Notes: a model not told the origin generated them from the sequence alone. 64,000 nucleotides of DNA from Candidatus Bathyarchaeota archaeon (GCA_005884195.1 VBBP01000057.1:17241-81240); one strand, 5' to 3'. Positions 19,721-29,173 are shown, counted from the first letter of the stretch. Program-made: numbers and translations.

Positions 19721-19846
19721 TGGTGCGGCCGCCGGGATTCGAACCCGGGTTCCCGGCTCTTTCCATACATTAATGGGAAGCCGGTGTCATAGACCAGGAT
19801 GCCCGTCAACCCTCAAAGGAGAGCGCTGACTCTGGACCACGGCCGC
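19721..19846 (-). tRNA. tRNA-Gly (anticodon CCC) with two introns (33 nt in D-loop, 15 nt at canonical 37/38), CCA encoded
   Basis: Minus strand: GCGGCCG acceptor..GTCC AG[33-nt intron]CCTGGTCTA TGAC A CCGGC TT-CCC-A [15-nt intron] A GCCGG GAAC CCGGG TTCGAAT CCCGG CGGCCGC A CCA. Spliced length 78 nt incl. CCA. Oligo-T (TTTTT) ~35 nt downstream. Confidence 0.6.
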
Positions 19847-20356
19847 TGGTAGAGTCCAGCAGAGCCAGACTTTCTAAGCGTTTTCTCCAATACTCGACTG
19901 GACCGGTCTCATAGCTCCGATGGGTTCAACTATTTGCGGTGTGCTATGTTGTTCAGAACCCCTGTGAGAACGCTCGGAAAGCTCACCGCCATCGCGGGTT
20001 TCTCCTTGATTGTTGGGCCTGCGCTGCTTGCCATTAATGATCTGCTTGACAACGGGACCTTCACGGCCCTATTCATAGTCGGGTTCGTACTGATAATCGT
20101 GAGCAGTTCGAATAGAGCTCGGTCCTCCCAGACATACAAGCAAACCTAGCAGCTCGTTATGAGCATAGCTTGGTTCAGCTTCAGGGGGCCGGTTGGCTTA
20201 ACCCAAGCGACACACGCCACCACTCACCAGTTAGTCGGTGACGCAATATCCAGGTATCCTTGGATAGAAAAATGACTTGATCACCTCAATACTTTTCACC
20301 GGGCAATCAGTGTAGTTCAGTGTATTGCAAATGTGCTTCATGTCGCGGCTGTCCGG

Positions 20357-21754
20357 ATGAGCGGTAGGAATAGACTGCTTAACGGGTTGGTCGCCCTTCT
20401 CACCTTCGGATCCATACTAGTGATAATGGTCGTCTGGCTTAGAGCCTCTCAGAACACTATACTTGGTCTGTACTCCATATCAATGACTGGATTCCTCATT
20501 TTCATGTACACAGCCACTGCAGGCTACAAGCCGAAGACAGATTCCGGTTTCAGGCCTGAGATCACCGTGGTTATTCCCGCTAAGAACGAGGAGGAGGTAA
20601 TCGAGTCCGTCATAAGGGCCGTTTTCAGCAGCGACTATTTCCTTTTCAGAATGCAGGTGATAGTCGTCGATGACGGCAGCACCGACCGTACCTGGGAAGG
20701 GATGCTAAGGGCAAAGAAAGACTCCGAATTTTCAGACCACCTTGAACTAGTCAGACATGAGAGAAACTATGGGAAACGCGCCGCTCTCGCCTCAGCAATC
20801 GCTCGATCACACGGGGAAATCATCGTCTGCATAGACAGTGACAGCTTCGTGGACAAAGACGCAATCAGACTCCTCGTTCAACCCTTCAATGACAGCAGAG
20901 TTATGGCGGTATCTGGCCACGGAGAGGCCATAAACAAAGACGAAGGCCTTCTCCCGAGGCTCCAACACTACTGGTACGCAGAGATGTTCAGACTATTGAA
21001 AGGAATGGAGTCTCGCCTTGGATGCGTCAGCTGCTGTTCTGGTATGCTTGCTGCATACAGAAGGGACGCTATTATCCCGATTGTCAACGAATGGTTGAGG
21101 GAAAGGCCAACTGCAACCACGCCAGTCATACTAGGTGGTGTGCCGCCGGGAAGCTGGGTAGCCCGGGGGCTAGCCAGCAAACTCATCAAATCGCCTGGAG
21201 AAGACCGGATCCTAACCGCCTTCGCGCTGTCATGGAAGGATGCCAAAGTCGTCTACCAGTCTAACGCCGTAGTCCATACGATCGTGCCGGATTCACCGAG
21301 GCAGTTCTTGCGACAGCAGCTCCGATGGACTCGTGCTTGGATTCATGGATCTGTCCTTTCTTGGCGGTTCATGTGGAGGAAGCCCTTTCCCGCCTCCTTG
21401 GTCTTCTACCTGTTCCAGTTTCTGCTCATCTTGAGTCCGGCGATAGTTGTCATGTGGCTTTTCGTCTTCCCCCTCCGGGGCGAATGGATGGGTACCGCCG
21501 GGTTCCTTGCGGGAACGATATTCGTCGGATTTCTACACGGCCTCAACACTTGGAAGTATCAGAGGACATCGATAGAGTCAGTTCCCTATCGAATGCTGTT
21601 TGTCTTCGTTTCACTTTTTCTAACACTTACAATTCTGCTCTACGGACTGGTTACGCCTTGGAAGGGAGGTTGGCTAACGAGAGCCAATTCGTCTCCTATA
21701 GTCGTATCAACGACCAGCTCTCGGACCGAGCCTCTTGAGACCGTCGCGCAATAG
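20357..21754 (+). CDS. processive family-2 glycosyltransferase (QxxRW, cellulose/chitin/hyaluronan-synthase-like)
   Basis: VVIPAKNEEEVI, VVDDGSTD, DSDSFVD, QQLRW motifs. N- and C-terminal TM helices. Track start GTG 20333; first ATG 20357. Confidence 0.8.
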   Translation: MSGRNRLLNGLVALLTFGSILVIMVVWLRASQNTILGLYSISMTGFLIFMYTATAGYKPKTDSGFRPEITVVIPAKNEEEVIESVIRAVFSSDYFLFRMQVIVVDDGSTDRTWEGMLRAKKDSEFSDHLELVRHERNYGKRAALASAIARSHGEIIVCIDSDSFVDKDAIRLLVQPFNDSRVMAVSGHGEAINKDEGLLPRLQHYWYAEMFRLLKGMESRLGCVSCCSGMLAAYRRDAIIPIVNEWLRERPTATTPVILGGVPPGSWVARGLASKLIKSPGEDRILTAFALSWKDAKVVYQSNAVVHTIVPDSPRQFLRQQLRWTRAWIHGSVLSWRFMWRKPFPASLVFYLFQFLLILSPAIVVMWLFVFPLRGEWMGTAGFLAGTIFVGFLHGLNTWKYQRTSIESVPYRMLFVFVSLFLTLTILLYGLVTPWKGGWLTRANSSPIVVSTTSSRTEPLETVAQ

Positions 21755-21830
21755 CCTCTAACGGTAGAAGGGGTGGTCTCGGGCCTGGAAAATAGCTCAG
21801 GCTAAGGGGTTCTGGCTCGGAAGGAAGGCC

Positions 21831-24800
21831 TCAGGCTTCCATGAAATCGGAGGCTTTCGGAGGCTCCAGTGAAAGTCCCTTTCGTTTCCGAATTCCCTCG
21901 ACGACGGTCTGCAGCAGAGAAGTTGGGACAGGTGACCAGCGAGCGAATTCCAATCCCCAGAACGCACGCCCCTGAGTCTGGCTCCTCATTACTTCCGACA
22001 AATCGAAGCTTTCGGCCGTGGGCATCTCTCCAACCACCGAGACCAAGTGTCCCTTCTGGTCGACTGACACAATCTTTCCGCGCTTTTGTGTGATCACACT
22101 TGTCACTGCCCCCAGCAGTTCATTCGGAACACGGGTCGTAATCTTCTGGACTGGTTCTAGCAATGTCGGTGCGGCTTCCAGGAAGGCCACGAACATGGCT
22201 CTGCGTGTCATGGGCATTATCTGAGCCGGACCCCTGTGAACGGGGTCCTCGTGGAGGCTGACGTCAGTGATCTTTACTTTCAAACCTCGAATTTGCTCGT
22301 AGGCAATGGGACCCTCCTTGATTCCCCAGCGGTATCCGGCGAGTACCATATCCCTGACTTCTTGCATGTACTGGGCTCCCTTGGTTACGTCAAGGATCAT
22401 GTTGAAGGGCTCGTCTATGCTCCAAACTCCCTTCGCCTCTTCCGGTGCCCATCCCACCGCTCGGAGCGTCTTCGCCATCTCTGCCTTGTCGCCGTACTCG
22501 CTAATCTTTCCCTGCTTGATCAGGTCCAAGACCGCGTCTTCAAGCGGTTCGACTTCGATGTAGATCTTGTTGTGCTTGTTGGGCGACTTCCCTTCAACAG
22601 GACCAGCGGTCCTCCGAACGGCCTCCCGATAGATCACGATAGGCTTGGAGGTCACTATCTCCATTCCGGTCTTGGTGATCAGAGTGTTCGCGATTTCAAG
22701 ATGCAGCGTCCCCATTCCTGAGATCAGGTACTCGCCGGTTTCCTCGTTGATGCTAGTAACCAGGTTCGGGTCTTCAAGTGAGAGCTTTCTCAAGATCTCG
22801 ACCAGCTTGGGAAGATCTCTGTTAAACTTCGGCTCTACAGCTATCGTGACAACAGGTTCGGTTACATAGTGTACAGCTTCAAAGGGAACGAACTGTTTCA
22901 CCGAAGCAAGGGTTTCCCCGGCCTTCACGTTCTCTAGCCCAAGAAGGGCTGGAATGTTACCTGCGCTGAGGTGTCCGACGATCTCCCGTTGCGGTCCCAT
23001 GTAGATGGCCACTTGCTGGACCCGCCCCTGGGTGCGGGAGTTGATCAGATAGACCGGCTCGCCGTCCGTAACTGTGCCGGAGAACAGGCGGCCTGTGGCG
23101 ACAACACCGGCCTGAGGGTCCACGACGATGTTAGTGACAGACATCAGAACTGGACCTTTGTCGTCGCATTTGATCATTGCTTGACCGTATTCGCTGTCCG
23201 GGTCACCGTGCCAGATCTTGGGAATCCTGTAGACCTGTGCCTTGTGGGGGGGCGGCATGACTTCCACCGCCATCCCCAGGATAGCCTCGTGGATTGGAGC
23301 GTTGTTCTTGAGCTCCTCCACCTTCCCGTTCAGATATGCGTCAACAACGTCAGAGAACTTGATCCCCTTCTTCTTGGCGACTACGGCATTAAAGCCCCAT
23401 CTGTCCTTTGCCGAACCCATCGCCACGGTGTTTGTGGCAAAGCTCACTTTCCACTTCTCTCGGAACTCAGGCTCAGCGTAGAGGTCGAGGAGGGCATTGA
23501 AGTCCTTGATTATCCTCGCAACTCTTTCCTGTATCTGCTCCGGGTTAAGTTTCAGTTCCTTGATCAACCGGTCGATCTTGTTAATGTAAAGGACAGGCCG
23601 GACTCGTTCTTCTAGAGCTTGCCGCGTCACCGTCTCGGTCTGGACCATCACTTCTTCGACCGAGTCGACAACGACAACCGCCCCGTCGATGGCCCGAAGC
23701 GATCTCGTGACTTTACCCGAGAAGTCTACATGCCCTGGCGTATCAATCAGGTTTATGACGAAAGGCAAGTCGTTGTGCTCGTAGTACAGGCTGACGTTCG
23801 CAGCCTTGATCGTCATCTGACGTTTCTGCTCCTCCTCCATGAAATCCATCGCCAGAGCCGTGCCCGCCAGAGACGGCGAGAGGAGTCCAGCACCCGATAG
23901 GAGACTATCCGTCATCGTGGTGTTGTGGACGACTATGCCATTAGCCACAAATGTGTGATTCTCAGGAACGGTCAAGTCGTAGACGTCGAACGAGCCGGTA
24001 CGTTCCGCTATCTCCCTAACCCGAACAGCGCGAATCTCCCCATCGAGAAACTGACGCCATTCACGCAGTAGTGTGACAGCAGTGGCCGTGGAAGGTTTCG
24101 AATCCAAGAACTCCTCAAAAGCGACAACAATCTTCCGAAAGATGGGCCTCGTAAGGCTCTGCCTGCCTGACTCGTAACTTCTGTAGAATGGCACTCTGGA
24201 TTCCAAATATGAATAGGGAATGCCAAGTTGGTTCCTGATCTCGAGAAGAGTCCGCCAGTCAACAGGCATGATTCCGGTCTTTCTGTTACTTACTGCTCTC
24301 CTAGCGAGAGCGTGCAGTGCCGTACGCTTCCTTGGAATAGTGAATCCGATTGCAGTCTCAAATCTCCGAGTATCATCGCCTGATATTGTGACGGTGAAGT
24401 ATTTTCCTTTTTGACGAATCGTCGGAATTATCGAGAATCTTAGTAGTGCAATTGAGACTTGCCTAGCAAATTTGCCACTAGCCGTTGTCAGAGAAATTAC
24501 TGCACTACTCTTCTCAACCCCACCATCTGTGTCAAATTCGCCCCTAAGGAATGCGGCGACAAGCTCGTTCCCCATCTTCAGGACCAACTTGGGAAAGACG
24601 ATGTTGTGTGCCTTCTGCCTTGCAGGGTACTGATAGGTGTCTTCGAGGAATTTGATCAGGCTGAAACCACCGTGGTGGTCGAGTCGATAGGTGTTTCTTC
24701 TCTTGTCCTTCACGAGGAATGTGCTGACACCAAAAACCCGCCAGAAAATCTGGGTTGCGGTTTCTAGAAGCGGTCGGTACCCGTTGGTGAAGCTTGCCCG

Positions 24801-25637
24801 GTAAGAACCATCTCCCCAGAGGACGCCTAGAAGGTAGCCTAGATCCTCGAATTGCTTCCAGGTTCTCGGCAGTCTGATCAGATTTGAAAGTCTGCCTGGC
24901 CTTGCGTGGCTCAGCCTGTAGGCGATCCTGTGAATTTGGTCGTAGACTTGGTCCCGCGGTATCTCAAGGGAATCCGTTATTCTTACCAGGTCGTCCAGCC
25001 TAATCCGACGGGCGGCGAGTCCGTTCTTGAATGCCTTGAACGAAGTGTTTGTTCGGAGCTTGGAATGAATTTGCTTCATTCCTTTGTCTTCAACTAGTAG
25101 GACAAGCTTTTCGGAGAATCTTTTCTTCAGATAGACGAGGTAATAGTGGTGAGAACTCAAACCCTCCAAGATTTCGGACTTTACCGCTTCTATTCCGCTT
25201 GGCAGAGATCGTAGTGTGTTTGGAACAAGGACGAAGTCATTCCTTTCGATCATATCCGCCCTCTTCTGTTCGATCGTACCGTTCTTTGCTACTGTGTAGA
25301 ACGGATGTTCTGGTGTCGTTTCCACTGAATAGCCGTTTCGTAAGGTAACCTTGACCAGTTTGTTGCTGTGTAGCTTCCAGACGTGCGAGACGTTCCTGTC
25401 TTCCATCTTGAGGGTCTGAGGGTTCAGCGAGTCAACTTGAGCCACTGCAGGGCCATTTCTATTCAGCTTGTCGTAGATCTGGGCGATCTCTTCAATACGT
25501 CCATCAGATAGGGGAACCATACTGTCACCAGCGACGCACTTGCCGTGGTCCACGTGGGCTATGATGCCGATGTTGCGGATCTGTTCCTTGTTGGAAAGGA
25601 TCTTCAGAATATCCGCTGAACTCTTGAAACGGGGCAA
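21831..25637 (-). CDS. fusA: elongation factor 2 (aEF-2) precursor containing a 539-aa intein
   Basis: NIGIIAHVDHGK | CVAGDS...(intein)...VVHN | TTMTDSLLSGAGLLS. Exteins sum to 729 aa of typical aEF-2 (GTP-binding, domains II-V). Confidence 0.9.
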   Translation of the reverse strand: MPRFKSSADILKILSNKEQIRNIGIIAHVDHGKCVAGDSMVPLSDGRIEEIAQIYDKLNRNGPAVAQVDSLNPQTLKMEDRNVSHVWKLHSNKLVKVTLRNGYSVETTPEHPFYTVAKNGTIEQKRADMIERNDFVLVPNTLRSLPSGIEAVKSEILEGLSSHHYYLVYLKKRFSEKLVLLVEDKGMKQIHSKLRTNTSFKAFKNGLAARRIRLDDLVRITDSLEIPRDQVYDQIHRIAYRLSHARPGRLSNLIRLPRTWKQFEDLGYLLGVLWGDGSYRASFTNGYRPLLETATQIFWRVFGVSTFLVKDKRRNTYRLDHHGGFSLIKFLEDTYQYPARQKAHNIVFPKLVLKMGNELVAAFLRGEFDTDGGVEKSSAVISLTTASGKFARQVSIALLRFSIIPTIRQKGKYFTVTISGDDTRRFETAIGFTIPRKRTALHALARRAVSNRKTGIMPVDWRTLLEIRNQLGIPYSYLESRVPFYRSYESGRQSLTRPIFRKIVVAFEEFLDSKPSTATAVTLLREWRQFLDGEIRAVRVREIAERTGSFDVYDLTVPENHTFVANGIVVHNTTMTDSLLSGAGLLSPSLAGTALAMDFMEEEQKRQMTIKAANVSLYYEHNDLPFVINLIDTPGHVDFSGKVTRSLRAIDGAVVVVDSVEEVMVQTETVTRQALEERVRPVLYINKIDRLIKELKLNPEQIQERVARIIKDFNALLDLYAEPEFREKWKVSFATNTVAMGSAKDRWGFNAVVAKKKGIKFSDVVDAYLNGKVEELKNNAPIHEAILGMAVEVMPPPHKAQVYRIPKIWHGDPDSEYGQAMIKCDDKGPVLMSVTNIVVDPQAGVVATGRLFSGTVTDGEPVYLINSRTQGRVQQVAIYMGPQREIVGHLSAGNIPALLGLENVKAGETLASVKQFVPFEAVHYVTEPVVTIAVEPKFNRDLPKLVEILRKLSLEDPNLVTSINEETGEYLISGMGTLHLEIANTLITKTGMEIVTSKPIVIYREAVRRTAGPVEGKSPNKHNKIYIEVEPLEDAVLDLIKQGKISEYGDKAEMAKTLRAVGWAPEEAKGVWSIDEPFNMILDVTKGAQYMQEVRDMVLAGYRWGIKEGPIAYEQIRGLKVKITDVSLHEDPVHRGPAQIMPMTRRAMFVAFLEAAPTLLEPVQKITTRVPNELLGAVTSVITQKRGKIVSVDQKGHLVSVVGEMPTAESFDLSEVMRSQTQGRAFWGLEFARWSPVPTSLLQTVVEGIRKRKGLSLEPPKASDFMEA
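23922..25538 (-). mobile_element. intein with LAGLIDADG homing-endonuclease domain inserted in the EF-2 P-loop (GK^T)
   Basis: Starts with Cys, ends with HN followed by Thr. Contains LGYLLGVLWGDGSY and VAAFLRGEFDTDGGV LAGLIDADG-type motifs. Confidence 0.8.
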
Positions 25638-25924
25638 CGAATCCTACCTTTCTAGCCTGAGAGAATCAGCGAATCCCAAGAGTACTCTATTATATGTTAC
25701 TCAGGGAAATCCCTGTTATTTGTCCAGTTTTTACGTTTTGACATCCTGCATTCTCGGCAGGCTAGAGCGCTATCTGGTATTTTTCGAGGACCATCATACA
25801 AGAATTGCGAGTTGAAACGTCGCTGACCTTTCGCGCCTAAATCTCTCAGGCAACTAGGTTGTTGAGCTTTTATCGAAGAATACGCTGTTCGCATAACTTT
25901 CACTCGTCGAGATGATAGCTGCCC

Positions 25925-27022
25925 TTGGGCTCTGACGGACAGAAGACTCGAAGCAAGTCTTGTCCTATTTGTGGCAAGGTATTCGTCGCGGAACCTGGTT
26001 CCCGCAGACTCGTGCTAAACACGACGGTTTCTCGACACATCAAGATTGCCCACCACGATTACCATAGACAGGTGAGTCGTTGGGACCGCCGGACCGAATT
26101 CTACTTCTATCTTGGAGCCCTGGCCTTGCTATACCTGTTTGGTGGATTATGCAGTCGGTACTCGGACCACTGTGGCCCGCCAATAATCCGGTCGGGCATT
26201 TACTCTCCCTTCTTTCCACTTGTGTTCGGGATATTCATCGTCCCCATAGTTGGAACGATTTCGCGGCGACGAGTCGTCCGTGGAAGATTCAGGAATGAAT
26301 GGCAGGCAACGCACAGAGTGATGTCATTAGGAATTGTGGACAGCCAGAAGCAAACTGTTGTTGCTACGACCTCGGCCGTTCCAGAGGAAGGCCAACATCT
26401 AACAGAGGAAGAACGCAATATTATCAAGACTGTTAGGGATCTTTCTGGACGACTAGGAATCATCTTCCCCATACATGTTGTCCGCTGGCTTCACCTGAGG
26501 CCTTCGGACGCTTGCGTTTTCGGTCTCTTCGATCCGGACGAGATCGATTTGCCCAGGGTTCTGAAAGGGAAGTTGGACTCGGAAGAATTGAGACCACTCA
26601 TTGCAACATCTATGATTTACGAACTCAAGCTCGAAAGACGTCGAGCACTAGGTCTCATAGCGCGTATGTTAGGTTCTCTATCTTTGCTAATCTTCTTCGT
26701 GATTTTCGCGGCCATCGCCCTCGCAGGTCCTTCGGACCTCTTGTCTCAGGTGGTTGCCGGAATCCTAGCGGTAGTTTTCATCATTATTCCAATCCTTCTG
26801 AGCCAATGGTTGGGAGCTAGGCTTAGACAAAGACAGAGGCTTGAAGCGGACAGGCTTGCATCAGGAATTGTGGGTAAAGAGTCACTCTTGCAGACCCTCA
26901 GGAGGATCGATGGATTAGGTTTGCATGATATTGAAACGCTAAAACGGGGAGGCCAGAAAACCCGTTTTGCACAGGAGCCTAATATCACCAGAAGGATTGA
27001 AAGATTATCTGGACCGGACTAG
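25925..27022 (+). CDS. membrane protein with N-terminal C2H2-like zinc finger
   Basis: SCPICGKVF..SRHIKIAHHDYH, then several TM helices. TTG start. Confidence 0.45.
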   Translation: MGSDGQKTRSKSCPICGKVFVAEPGSRRLVLNTTVSRHIKIAHHDYHRQVSRWDRRTEFYFYLGALALLYLFGGLCSRYSDHCGPPIIRSGIYSPFFPLVFGIFIVPIVGTISRRRVVRGRFRNEWQATHRVMSLGIVDSQKQTVVATTSAVPEEGQHLTEEERNIIKTVRDLSGRLGIIFPIHVVRWLHLRPSDACVFGLFDPDEIDLPRVLKGKLDSEELRPLIATSMIYELKLERRRALGLIARMLGSLSLLIFFVIFAAIALAGPSDLLSQVVAGILAVVFIIIPILLSQWLGARLRQRQRLEADRLASGIVGKESLLQTLRRIDGLGLHDIETLKRGGQKTRFAQEPNITRRIERLSGPD

Positions 27023-27399
27023 AAACACTCATTGGGCTATTTAGCCGATGGCACACCCTATGCACGGTCAATTGTGCTTACGACCAACCCAACGTTGGGC
27101 TTTATCGTGGCCTTAGAACACGTCAGGAGCGGTCCCGGTAGCCACTATCTGGATTGTATATTGGCCAGAGTGAACCCGAATTAGTTTTCAAAGGCGAATA
27201 CTTTCTTCGTATCAATCGCTAGTCCTAATACCTGCGACTCCAGTTCTGATTTCCCTTCAATGCGCGAGAGATTACGAGAGCTTGCCGATCGGTGCCTTTC
27301 AGGTGATATGAACTGGAGATAGATCACTGCAGTTTTCCAGATTATCTCCTATATGATCAGGATGGCGACATTTGGATCAAAGCGGAAGAAGGCGGAGAG

Positions 27400-27978
27400 A
27401 TGACCATTGGAATGACAAGTCTCCTTTCAGCCATCGCGGGAAAATTCACCTCGGCACGCCTACGGCCTGTCGGGTCAAGAATAGGGCGCGGCAGAAGCCT
27501 AGGTACACTCGAAAGCCTGAAATTCGTTGGTCCTATTCCATCGCCCCTTTCAGGCATTGTGGCAGCCGTAAACGGTGATGTCGTCAAGCGGCCGAAGCTG
27601 CTAAACGATGCGCCGTATATTGAAGGATGGATTGCGAAGCTGAAGCCACTGGATTTGAAGACGGAGAGGGTTTTCCTCTCACGAGCGATGGATGCAGCCG
27701 AGACTCTCAAGAATAGGATTGCTGAATTTCGTGTTCGATGTTTCAAAGCTTTTCCTGACCATGAGATGTATGAGATAGGGACCGAATGTTCTGCAGTTCT
27801 TGTCCGTCTAAACGAGCTTCTCGCGACAGTTTCGATCGGAGATGTTGTTCATCTCGTGACCGATGATCCAACGTCATATGTGGAGATGGTAAGGTGGACT
27901 GATCAGACCGGCCAAGAGCTCGTCGACTGGCGGCAAGAGGGAAACCTCTTCCATTTCATCGTTCGGAAGGAACACTGA
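27400..27978 (+). CDS. GcvH-like (lipoyl/H-protein fold) fused to TusA-like domain. Homology extends upstream to 27307 without a canonical start
   Basis: ESLKFVGPIPSPLSGIVAAVNGDV..PYIEGWIAKLK is the GcvH core with Lys. C-terminal EIGTECSAVLVRLNELLATVSIGDVVHLVTDDPTSYVEMVRWTDQTGQELV resembles TusA. The in-frame upstream stretch ..FPDYLLYDQDGDIWIKAEEGGE aligns to the GcvH N-terminus but has no ATG/GTG/TTG after the stop at 27304. Confidence 0.6.
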   Translation: MTIGMTSLLSAIAGKFTSARLRPVGSRIGRGRSLGTLESLKFVGPIPSPLSGIVAAVNGDVVKRPKLLNDAPYIEGWIAKLKPLDLKTERVFLSRAMDAAETLKNRIAEFRVRCFKAFPDHEMYEIGTECSAVLVRLNELLATVSIGDVVHLVTDDPTSYVEMVRWTDQTGQELVDWRQEGNLFHFIVRKEH

Positions 27979-28026
27979 GAACAGCGGCAGAAAAAAAGGA
28001 AGGAAAAGGAGCTTCGGTTGATTGTG

Positions 28027-28902
28027 TTACGCTGGAACGGGTTGTGCTATCGTCGGGCTTGGCTTTTCGATGGGGTTTCGGACCAGGTTTCCCCACTCTG
28101 TCCATGACCCGTCGTAGTTTCGCACGTTAGGATAGCCGAGGAGGTACTTTAGCACGAACCATGTGAACGAGGATCTCTCGCCGATGCGGCAGTAGGTGAC
28201 GATATCTCTGCTCGGGATGATTCCCTTGTCTTCGTAGAGCTTTTTCAAATCCTCTGGGCTTTTGAATGTGCCATCTTCTCGGACTGCTTGGGACCATGGG
28301 ATATTGATCGCACCTGGAATATGGCCTCCACGTTGTGCGTGTTCTGTTGGGTATTCGGGTGGAGCTAGGACTTCGCCGGTGAATTCTTTCGGTCCTCTGA
28401 CATCGACTAGTCTCACATTGGGCTTCTGGTAGAGGTCTAGGGCTTGTTTGAAGTAGATTCTAACGGTCTCGTCGGGTCCTGATGCCTTGAAGTTGGCGCT
28501 TGGATAGCTTGGAATGTCTTTGGTCAGTGGTTTGTCTTCATCGATCCATTTTTTCCGTCCGCCGTTCATCAGTACAACGTTCTTGATGCCGTAGTACTTC
28601 AGATCCCAGAAAGCGTAGGCCGCGAACCAGTTGTTGAAGTCGCCGTACAGTACTATCTTCGTGTCCGGTGCAATTCCGGATTTGGCGAATAATTGTTCTA
28701 ATTGCTGTTTGGATAGGATGTCTCTTTCGAGGGGGTGGTTGAGGTCCTTCTTCCAGTCGAAGAGGACCGCGCCGGGGACGTGTCCCAACTGGTAGTTGGC
28801 AACGGGGTCATAGTCGACCTCCACGATTCTTACTTTAGGGTCGTTGAGGTGTTCTTGGACCCAATCGCTGCTTACCACTACTTCTGGGTGTGCGTATGAC
28901 AT
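28027..28902 (-). CDS. two-domain rhodanese (thiosulfate/3-mercaptopyruvate sulfurtransferase)
   Basis: Two rhodanese modules. Active-site loop YCRIGERSS. N-terminus ..YQLGHVPGAVLFDW. Confidence 0.85.
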   Translation of the reverse strand: MSYAHPEVVVSSDWVQEHLNDPKVRIVEVDYDPVANYQLGHVPGAVLFDWKKDLNHPLERDILSKQQLEQLFAKSGIAPDTKIVLYGDFNNWFAAYAFWDLKYYGIKNVVLMNGGRKKWIDEDKPLTKDIPSYPSANFKASGPDETVRIYFKQALDLYQKPNVRLVDVRGPKEFTGEVLAPPEYPTEHAQRGGHIPGAINIPWSQAVREDGTFKSPEDLKKLYEDKGIIPSRDIVTYCRIGERSSFTWFVLKYLLGYPNVRNYDGSWTEWGNLVRNPIEKPSPTIAQPVPA

Positions 28903-28939
28903 ACGTCATCTAGTTCGCGCGGTATAACGTATGTCATAT
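28893..28939. promoter_or_regulatory. inverted repeat cgtatgacatacg / cgtatgtcata bracketing the rhodanese start codon and promoter
   Basis: rc of gtatgacatac = gtatgtcatac vs gtatgtcatat (10/11). Spacer ~24 bp containing ttaatat-like TATA on the minus strand. Confidence 0.3.
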
Positions 28940-29040
28940 TAATGCTTTCCTTGCCCCATTCCGCAGGGAATAATTCGCTTCTATACTATGACACTGCCTA
29001 TGCTAGGCAGGTGTCAACCCACTTTCGAAAACAACTTCTT

Positions 29041-29154
29041 GGAAACATCTCTTGAAATCCGATCCGTGAAACGGGTTCCTGAAACACATCCTTGGAATCA
29101 CTAATTGGAAACGGTACCGGAAATCAACGCCTGAAAACGGTAATCTCGAATTTT
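29041..29154. repeat. array of nine ~13-bp periodic repeats with core T(G/T)GAAA(C/T)
   Basis: Cores at 29041, 29054, 29067, 29080, 29093, 29107, 29119, 29132 and 29147. Non-coding, between tfb 3' end and rhodanese promoter. Confidence 0.4.
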
Positions 29155-29157
29155 CAG

Positions 29158-29173
29158 GGCCCCCCCGGGGGCC
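29158..29173 (-). terminator. perfect GC hairpin GGCCCCC-cc-GGGGGCC ~30 nt downstream of tfb stop
   Basis: 7-bp all-GC stem. Lies in the tfb 3' UTR. Confidence 0.3.

Noticed and set aside
21869-25348. Many plus-strand ORFs (74-214 aa) inside the EF-2/intein gene
   Set aside because: They are antisense to a long, strongly supported CDS and have no recognisable motifs. Typical shadow ORFs.
29041-29154. Possible CRISPR array
   Set aside because: Repeat unit only ~13 bp with no unique spacers. No cas genes nearby.
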